Shown here in pieces: positions 1 through 6,078 of a DNA stretch of 25,023 bases. The notes under the pieces are model-generated. The model ran no database searches, was not told where the DNA came from, and worked only from the letters and a program-made list of their open reading frames with translations. The stretch is taken from NCBI GenBank assembly GCA_049967855.1, contig JBMFRX010000018.1, positions 1-25,023 of the forward strand, read 5' to 3'. Position 1 is the first letter of the stretch. Each line of letters starts with the position of its first letter. Origin of the DNA: Caldisericaceae bacterium (GTDB lineage: Bacteria; Caldisericota; Caldisericia; Caldisericales; Caldisericaceae). The position numbers and the translations under genes are program-made.

Positions 1-297
1 CTTTGCTAAAGCATATTTAAAGCTTAGATATGTAGCAAGTGCTAAACCAACAAGAAGAAATACCTTTAAAAATACATTCATCTCGGAAGGATATTTCAAC
101 CAATAAAGAAAGGCAATTAAGACAAATACAAAAGGAACAATGTACATAGAGAATAACAATAGAATACCCTCAAATCTCTGAAGGTCAAATCGAAATATTA
201 CAGAATAAACAATAATATAATAGAACACTAGACAGGCTGCTGGAACTATGAAAAATAACCAGATAAAAAGTTTTGAGCTTGGTTTTTCATTCATCAT
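1..297 (-). CDS. Hypothetical multi-pass membrane protein, runs off the left edge (partial)
   Basis: Hand translation from ATG 297 is open to position 1: MMNEKPSSKLFIWLFFIVPAACLVFYYIIVYSVIFRFDLQRFEGILLLFSMYIVPFVFVLIAFLYWLKYPSEMNVFLKVFLLVGLALATYLSFKYALAK. It has three hydrophobic segments and an SD-like AGGTGG upstream. Not in the supplied ORF track. Confidence 0.75.
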   Translation of the reverse strand, partial: MMNEKPSSKLFIWLFFIVPAACLVFYYIIVYSVIFRFDLQRFEGILLLFSMYIVPFVFVLIAFLYWLKYPSEMNVFLKVFLLVGLALATYLSFKYALAK

Positions 298-446
298 CGT
301 AACCACCTAGGAAAAGTAAAATGCTTTAACAAAAAGATAAAATAGGCACTCAGCAGAATCACCAAGTTTAATTTGTATTCTGCTACATTCCCGCAATAAG
401 CATTGCAGAACACAGAATCGCAGACGTCATTGACCATTTTTCTCAA
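294..446 (-). CDS. Putative 50-aa small protein (three Cys plus a hydrophobic C-terminal segment)
   Basis: TTG 446 to TGA 294-296 gives MRKMVNDVCDSVFCNAYCGNVAEYKLNLVILLSAYFIFLLKHFTFPRWLR. Strong SD AGGAGG, TATAAT at 462-467, and an ATGA overlap with the downstream gene. Confidence 0.45.
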   Translation of the reverse strand: MRKMVNDVCDSVFCNAYCGNVAEYKLNLVILLSAYFIFLLKHFTFPRWLR

Positions 447-661
447 CCTTCCTCCTGCTTCATTATAATCACAAAGCTCTTTCTAAAAAACCTCTTAACT
501 TTCTCACATTTTTATAACTTAAGTAATAAGCTCACGTCAGGAAGTTTGAAAACATCTCTTGAATTAAAGATTAGGACGCCTTACAGAATTTCAATCTATA
601 TTCTTTCAACAATTCTGTGCAAAAGCCAACTACAGATATCTATACTTAATGAGATACTTAG

Positions 662-693
662 TGTAACGTTTTTGTAGACATTGCGCCTATAAT
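662..693 (+). promoter_or_regulatory. ECF-type promoter TGTAAC-N16-CGCCT(ATAAT), probably autoregulatory
   Basis: TGTAAC 662-667, T-tract, CGCCT 684-688. Resembles ECF consensus (-35 AAC motif, -10 CGxx, e.g. B. subtilis SigX/SigW type). Recurs at 1224-1250. Confidence 0.6.
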
Positions 694-699
694 ATAGAG

Positions 700-1320
700 A
701 TGGACGAAAACAAACTGATAGAAGAAGCATTGAATAATAGAGATGCAGCAGAGCAACTTATACGCCTTCATTACAAAGAAGTCTACAGATATGTTTACAG
801 AAGGACTTTTGACAGTAACGCCACAGAGGACATTACCCAGGAAGTGTTTATATACGCATTGAAGAACCTTTCCTCATTCAGAAGAAAGGCGCCATTTATT
901 ATCTGGCTCCTGAGAATTGCTTTGAGTCACACAGCGGATTACTATCGAAAACAGAATAAGTATTCTGAATTAACTCAAGAGATGGAGGAATCGTTGTGGA
1001 GTCCTGCTAATCCCGATGACTCGGCAGAGGAGTTAAATGCCTCTAGAATCATCTATGAGCACCTAACGCGGATTCCTTTCTCTTACCAGGAAATTATCAG
1101 GTTGAAATTCTTCGAGAACAAAACGAATAAAGAAATATCTGAAATTATGCAAAAATCGCCCGTGGGAGTTCGTGTTACCCTGCATAGGGCACTGAATGTG
1201 TTAAGAGGACAGTTGGAAGGAAATGTAACAGATCTCGAAGAACTACGCCTTTATTGTGGAGAGGAAAAAGAGTGGCCAGCTTTTACTCACCAAATTGACA
1301 AAGAGGAGGAAATGAAATGA
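700..1320 (+). CDS. ECF (sigma-70 family) RNA polymerase sigma factor
   Basis: Region 2 motif (EDITQEVF...F..WLLRIA...DYYRK) and region 4 HTH (YQEIIRLKFFENKTNKEISEIM...VRVTLHRA), with a ~30-aa C-terminal extension. Confidence 0.93.
   Translation: MDENKLIEEALNNRDAAEQLIRLHYKEVYRYVYRRTFDSNATEDITQEVFIYALKNLSSFRRKAPFIIWLLRIALSHTADYYRKQNKYSELTQEMEESLWSPANPDDSAEELNASRIIYEHLTRIPFSYQEIIRLKFFENKTNKEISEIMQKSPVGVRVTLHRALNVLRGQLEGNVTDLEELRLYCGEEKEWPAFTHQIDKEEEMK
1224..1255 (+). promoter_or_regulatory. Second, intragenic ECF-type promoter TGTAAC-N16-CGCCT upstream of the anti-sigma-like gene
   Basis: TGTAAC 1224-1229, 16-nt spacer, CGCCT 1246-1250. Flank cgcctttattgtggaga resembles cgcctataatatagaga of the upstream copy. 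Confidence 0.55.
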
Positions 1321-2045
1321 GGAAAGAAGAATTATTAAAACAACTCACAAGCATCAAGGCTCCGGAGCCTGACGAAGAAACGGTTCTCAATTCTCAAGAA
1401 CTGCTGATTAAAAAAGTGAGAATTTCCTTCCCCCAAATTGTTCAACAAAGGAGAGTGATACATATGAAGAACTACAGAAAAAGAGTTGCTTTTGCAACAG
1501 TTGCTGTAGTGGTTGCGGCAGTCATTTTGTCAGCAGTGATTGTACCAACAATAAGGGTTGCAAATGCAAAGCAGGTTGCACAGAATGTTATAGAGGATAC
1601 ATTACATTTAAAAGTGGATGGTAAAGACATCACAGTTCAAGGTGATGTTGCAACTGCGATAATAAACGATCTAAAGATCAGTGTAGACACTTCAAAAGCG
1701 ATTATTTTGGATGTTGTGCGAACCAACATAGTTTCTCTTACAGAAGAAGAAAAGAACAAGGCGATCGAGATTTTCAAGAACTCGCCTGAAGTTAAAAGCA
1801 CTTTAGAAGAGCAAGGTAATGTTGAGCCTTCAACGGCAGAGATTTTGGAAATTAAGGGGCTAGCATTTCCTGATGGCAGAAAGTATGTATGGATTAAAGT
1901 TAGAGTAGATTCTAAAAATGGAGATACAGCAGGAGGCATCGTAGACCTTCAGAAGAACCAAGCGAGCATAGATGTAATAGGACCCAGTGATTCAGTGGTG
2001 GCACCAGGGATAGAAGATTATATTCCAGAGGCGCCAGCTCCGTAA
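1317..2045 (+). CDS. Putative anti-sigma factor (short cytoplasmic N-terminus, one TM/signal segment, extracytoplasmic domain)
   Basis: ATGA overlap with the ECF gene, SD GAGGAGG, and a single hydrophobic stretch VAFATVAVVVAAVILSAVIV. This is the typical ECF/anti-sigma arrangement. Confidence 0.7.
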   Translation: MRKEELLKQLTSIKAPEPDEETVLNSQELLIKKVRISFPQIVQQRRVIHMKNYRKRVAFATVAVVVAAVILSAVIVPTIRVANAKQVAQNVIEDTLHLKVDGKDITVQGDVATAIINDLKISVDTSKAIILDVVRTNIVSLTEEEKNKAIEIFKNSPEVKSTLEEQGNVEPSTAEILEIKGLAFPDGRKYVWIKVRVDSKNGDTAGGIVDLQKNQASIDVIGPSDSVVAPGIEDYIPEAPAP

Positions 2046-2071
2046 TTACTGATTTTCTGTTGCAGTTACTT

Positions 2072-2100
2072 AAAAGGCAGGGTTAAGTCCCTGCTTTTTT
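2072..2100 (+). terminator. Rho-independent terminator
   Basis: GCAGGG-ttaagt-CCCTGC hairpin (2077-2094) followed by T6 and preceded by an A-tract. Confidence 0.85.
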
Positions 2101-2226
2101 GGGATCGTTACATTGTTTCAGAATGCCACGAGTAGTAAGGCAGCTGATTTCTGAGAATTTGGCGTTTTCTTCCAAAGAGACCAGTGGAAAGTATGCAGCA
2201 TTCAAACAAGTTATGCATTTGAGCCT

Positions 2227-2853
2227 TTGATGTTTGTTATGATAACGGTAGCAAATCAAAACGCAATATCCGTAACCAGCACTGACCAATCTTCCAGCTC
2301 ACCAACGAGCACAACAACGCAGTTGACAGGCAGCCAGGAGAAGGGCATCCTCTATATGGTTGAAGAAGAGAAACTTGCACGAGATGTTTACGCATATCTA
2401 TACAATTTGTGGGGGATAACCACATTCAGCAATATAAAGGACGCAGAACAGACCCATATGGACCAGGTATTAAGTCTTGTGGACCAGTATAAGCTTCAGG
2501 CTCCAGCTACGCTTGATTCCGTTGGCGTATTTTCAGATCCACATCTGCAGGAATTGTACAATACTCTCATAAATCAGGGTTCACAATCTGTTACCGACGC
2601 ACTCAAGGTTGGCGCACTTATCGAGGAAACTGATATTATAGATTTACAAAATTACAGCAATGAAACAGAGAGTTCATCTGTCAAAACAGTTTACTTAAAT
2701 CTTATGAACGGTTCAGAGAATCATTTGAGGGCATTTGTATCACAATTAAATTCAAGAAATGTTAGCTATAAACCTGCGGTTCTTTCGCAAGAAGCATACA
2801 ATGCAATTATAAACAACACAAGCAGCCAAAATTCTTCTAACGGGGCTCACTGA
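2227..2853 (+). CDS. DUF2202 ferritin-like domain protein (start uncertain, possibly 5'-truncated)
   Basis: Family signature MVEEEKLARDVY, AEQTH, GALIEETDI, GSENHLRAF. Ser/Thr-rich linker at the N-terminus. No clear SD. Confidence 0.8.
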   Translation: MMFVMITVANQNAISVTSTDQSSSSPTSTTTQLTGSQEKGILYMVEEEKLARDVYAYLYNLWGITTFSNIKDAEQTHMDQVLSLVDQYKLQAPATLDSVGVFSDPHLQELYNTLINQGSQSVTDALKVGALIEETDIIDLQNYSNETESSSVKTVYLNLMNGSENHLRAFVSQLNSRNVSYKPAVLSQEAYNAIINNTSSQNSSNGAH

Positions 2854-3164
2854 TGGAACAGACAAAAAAAGCTTTCAACATAAATTTGTTCATCCTTAAA
2901 CTCAAAGGACTACTTTCATCCGTAATCGTTTTATTGTTCCTTGTAGTTGCTTTTTCTGGGGTAGGGCTCTACTTTGCTCCATCTGGCAGAGAGGCAAGAG
3001 TTACGAACTGGTCTTTTTTGGGCTTCTCTAAAACTGCGCTTGAAAGCCTGCACGATTTGCCAGGGATAATTCTGGTAATCCTGCTTTTGGTACACTTTCT
3101 ACTGAACTTAAAGATCTTTAAAAACGAAATTATTTCCCTTACAAGAATCCGCCGAACAAAATAG
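2853..3164 (+). CDS. DUF4405-like small membrane protein (cytochrome b-like, two His)
   Basis: TM helix ending FSGVGLY, W-x-F-L-G, LHD...LVHFLLN pattern. TGATG overlap with the DUF2202 gene. Confidence 0.75.
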   Translation: MEQTKKAFNINLFILKLKGLLSSVIVLLFLVVAFSGVGLYFAPSGREARVTNWSFLGFSKTALESLHDLPGIILVILLLVHFLLNLKIFKNEIISLTRIRRTK

Positions 3165-3187
3165 GATATACACGAACTGAATTTTTT

Positions 3188-3218
3188 AGGGACTCCTTAA
3201 GGAGTCCTTCTCTTTTTT
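3188..3218 (+). terminator. Rho-independent terminator between convergent genes
   Basis: GGACTCC-ttaa-GGAGTCC perfect hairpin followed by a T-rich tract. Confidence 0.75.
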
Positions 3219-3329
3219 GATCTTTGGATTCTGTATAAAAAGCCAAGGAACTTAAATGAGTTTTCTTCTCTTCGAATGGCGAAACTTCAGAAGGTTCACT
3301 TTGTCTAGATAAATTGTCTTAAGCAATGA

Positions 3330-4292
3330 TTAATGCTGTATAAATTGGCTGCTTACTGCAGGAACAAAAGCTTCAAACTTTCCCTTATCTCCATTTTTGT
3401 ATAAGATTTCGCCAGAAAGTTTGTAAACAGGTTGGACGAATTCTTCTCCTGACTCAAGTGTTGTGCCAATATCTCCATAATATTCAGTCTCAATTTTATC
3501 AATAATTACTTTTTCTGCATCGGGATTTTCAAGTTCGACTTTCCATGCTGTTACTTCGTTATTTTTAAGTTGTTTGACTACTTCGTCGGTAGACTTTAAA
3601 GTATAATTGCCAACAGGATTAAGGGTGTATAAAGTCGAAACCAAACCTTCAACCTTGCCCTTGTCTCCAAACATCAGCCCAAATTTCGGACCGATAATCT
3701 CTTTATTATCGATAGCTGGATAGAAAGTAATGGTTTTATCAATGACGATTTCTTCATTAAGTGAAGGGTGATAGGTTGTGTTACTAATGGAGGTTCTATA
3801 TTGATAAATTTCTGGTAAGAGCTTGTATTTGTCTACAAATGATTTCGCTAAGGCAAGACATTCTTCATCTCCTGGGACCTCTTTGCCTGGAGTGTAATCG
3901 TACAAATTCTGCGTGCTAAATTCAAAGAAACCCGTTTTCTTGTCAATAGTTAAAGTATTGCCTGACTGTTTTCTTATTATGACACTCACATCTTCTTTTG
4001 AAATTGCGTTTATGTCTATGCCAGACATCGCGCAGAGTTTTTTTTCGTCAATTCTGATAGGCTCGGCTTTATACACAAGCATCTCACCTGGAGGGTTTGA
4101 TGCATCTGAGCTCAATTGCACATCAAAATCGTGTGGGATGAAACCGCCATAAGAAGGCAATTTAAGTGAAGGAAGCAATTCAGGGTTTTCACTATATTTG
4201 TTCTTAGTACATCCAGAAAATGATAAGCTTGCTATAATTACTAAAGAAATTGCGATTAAAACTTTAATATTCTTTTTCATTGCTCGAGTCAT
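3330..4292 (-). CDS. Hypothetical lipoprotein
   Basis: 320-aa ORF with basic N-terminus, hydrophobic core and lipobox LSFSG-C. Confidence 0.85.
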   Translation of the reverse strand: MTRAMKKNIKVLIAISLVIIASLSFSGCTKNKYSENPELLPSLKLPSYGGFIPHDFDVQLSSDASNPPGEMLVYKAEPIRIDEKKLCAMSGIDINAISKEDVSVIIRKQSGNTLTIDKKTGFFEFSTQNLYDYTPGKEVPGDEECLALAKSFVDKYKLLPEIYQYRTSISNTTYHPSLNEEIVIDKTITFYPAIDNKEIIGPKFGLMFGDKGKVEGLVSTLYTLNPVGNYTLKSTDEVVKQLKNNEVTAWKVELENPDAEKVIIDKIETEYYGDIGTTLESGEEFVQPVYKLSGEILYKNGDKGKFEAFVPAVSSQFIQH

Positions 4293-4298
4293 TATTAA

Positions 4299-4326
4299 AT
4301 TATAGACGAACTTACGAAAATTTCAA
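4299..4326 (-). promoter_or_regulatory. Sigma-70-type promoter TTGAAA-N16-TATAAT of the lipoprotein gene
   Basis: -35 at 4326-4321, -10 at 4304-4299. ATG follows 6 nt after the -10. Confidence 0.6.
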
Positions 4327-4411
4327 TTCTCGAGAAGACAAAGCCTGTTTTTTTAAAAATCGTTCCCTTATGAAAGAAAACGAGCCCCAATTCTTAACCT
4401 AACGGAACTTC

Positions 4412-4439
4412 TTGACAGAGAAACATTTCTTTGTAAAAT
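4412..4439 (+). promoter_or_regulatory. Sigma-70-type promoter TTGACA-N16-TAAAAT
   Basis: Perfect -35 at 4412-4417 and -10 at 4434-4439, upstream of SD GAGGTG. Confidence 0.65.
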
Positions 4440-4457
4440 AAAGGCGAGGTGAATGAG

Positions 4458-4904
4458 ATGCGTAAAATGATTTATCTTTTGACGGTGCTAATTGTAGTGA
4501 GCATTGCTCTCACAAGCGTGAGCATTGTAAGTGTTCGAGCCTCAAACCAGCCAGGCCGAAATGGAAACAAAGTTAACCAGGTTTACAAGGAACTCCGCTC
4601 AAAAATTGAAGCAGGCAAGCATCTTGGCAATCTGAGCAAGAAGACGGCTTCATTCCTTGGAATGAAAACAAAAGACCTCATCAAAGAAAGACGCAGCGGA
4701 AAAAGCCTTGCCACTATCGCAGCTGACCACGGCAAAACAGAGCAAGACCTTGTTAATTACATCGAAGGGCTCTATAAGCAAAGGCTTGATACGCTTCTGT
4801 CAAAAGGGAAGATTACCCAAGATGAATACAACACCGCACTTAGTAAGTTGCAAAGCTTGATTACAAAATTTGTTGAAAGCGTACCGAAACAAAAGAAGCC
4901 CTAA
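4458..4904 (+). CDS. Hypothetical secreted basic helical protein with a SHOCT-like C-terminal motif
   Basis: Start moved to ATG 4458 because the ORF-track GTG 4449 lies inside SD GAGGTG. Signal peptide ends VRA. Contains GKSLATIA..G and RLDTLLSKGKITQDEY motifs. Confidence 0.75.
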   Translation: MRKMIYLLTVLIVVSIALTSVSIVSVRASNQPGRNGNKVNQVYKELRSKIEAGKHLGNLSKKTASFLGMKTKDLIKERRSGKSLATIAADHGKTEQDLVNYIEGLYKQRLDTLLSKGKITQDEYNTALSKLQSLITKFVESVPKQKKP

Positions 4905-4971
4905 ACCTGAGTAAATGTTTCAAAGCTTCAGGGCAAAAATCCTCTGCACCACATAATATTTGCGTGAGTGA

Positions 4972-6072
4972 TTAAATGGATTTTGGAATAAAGATGCTTT
5001 CAAAAAGCTCGCGAGCAAATCGGTCAGTCATTGAGGAAATGTAATCTGCAATCAGGGTTATCCTCTTTTTTGTGTCGTTCCTGACAGTTTCAATGACATC
5101 GCTTGACTCAGTGCTAAAAGGGTGCGTCTTAATATAAGTCCCAATTTTCTCAGGCTTGTTGAAGTAATAGTCGAACAGGAATGAAACGAGCATTTTTGCC
5201 TTTGACTCTTCTTTCTTTGGAGCCGACCCCACATAGACTTTCTCTGTCAGAAAATCTTTGACATTGTCCATCGCTTTTTCAATCTCGTAGGGAAGCTCAA
5301 TTCTGTCCTTGTCTGCGCTATTCTCAATTGTTGAGTTTATGAGAGTCGAGATGCGTTTAGAATTCGTCTTGCCAAGGATGAGAGCAACTTCCTCAGGAAA
5401 ATCTGCCTCTGTTATTATGCCTGCTCTCATTGCATCGTCTGTGTCGTGATGAAGATATGCAATTCTGTCTGAAATTCGCACAACTTGCCCTTCGAGTGTC
5501 TTTGGGATGGACTCGTCGCCAAATGAAGACATATCATAAAGCCCTTTGCTATGCTTCAAAATGCCCTCGCGTACCTCTTGTGTCAAATTGAGACCGAAAA
5601 CAGTTTTCCCCTCCGAGTTGATTCTTCGTTCGAGATAATCAACGACTCTCAAGCTCTGTTCTGTGTGGGTAAAGTGCATTTCACGGTTTTGCTCTTTAAT
5701 CTTATCATTCAGCGCTTCCTCCCCAGCATGTCCAAAGGGCGAATGTCCCAGGTCGTGCCCAAAAGCAATCGCTTCTGTAAGGTCTGGGTTCAGCCGCAAT
5801 GCCCGCGAGATTGACCTGCTAATCGTCATTACTTCAAGCGTATGAGTTAGCCTGTTTCTGTAGTGGTCTCCAGAGGGGGCTATGAAAACTTGGGTTTTGT
5901 ACTGCAAACGCCTGAAAGCTTTGGAATAAAGAATCCTGTCGACATCACGTTGAAAGTCCGTTCTGTAGGTATCGGGCTCTTCAGGAAAAGCCCTCCCCTT
6001 TGATTTTGAGGAAAGAGTTGCAAAAGGGGAGAGCAAAGTTTTTTCTAATTCTTCAAAGTCTTCTCTGCGCAC
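4972..6072 (-). CDS. dgt: Deoxyguanosinetriphosphate triphosphohydrolase (HD domain dNTPase)
   Basis: Motifs FQRDVDRI, FRRLQYKTQVF, RLTHTLEV, HDLGHSPFGHAGE, DRIAY..HD.DD, DYISSMTD. Confidence 0.95.
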   Translation of the reverse strand: MRREDFEELEKTLLSPFATLSSKSKGRAFPEEPDTYRTDFQRDVDRILYSKAFRRLQYKTQVFIAPSGDHYRNRLTHTLEVMTISRSISRALRLNPDLTEAIAFGHDLGHSPFGHAGEEALNDKIKEQNREMHFTHTEQSLRVVDYLERRINSEGKTVFGLNLTQEVREGILKHSKGLYDMSSFGDESIPKTLEGQVVRISDRIAYLHHDTDDAMRAGIITEADFPEEVALILGKTNSKRISTLINSTIENSADKDRIELPYEIEKAMDNVKDFLTEKVYVGSAPKKEESKAKMLVSFLFDYYFNKPEKIGTYIKTHPFSTESSDVIETVRNDTKKRITLIADYISSMTDRFARELFESIFIPKSI

Positions 6073-6078
6073 CTTGTG

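Noticed and set aside
583..618. Inverted repeat ACAGAATT-N20-AATTCTGT
   Set aside because: Short AT-rich arms, a single occurrence, and no supporting context.
3454..3468. Near match to a sigma-54 -24/-12 promoter (TGGCAC-N5-TTGA, minus strand)
   Set aside because: It lacks the conserved GC at -12 and lies inside a CDS. No convincing sigma-54 promoter was seen in the window.
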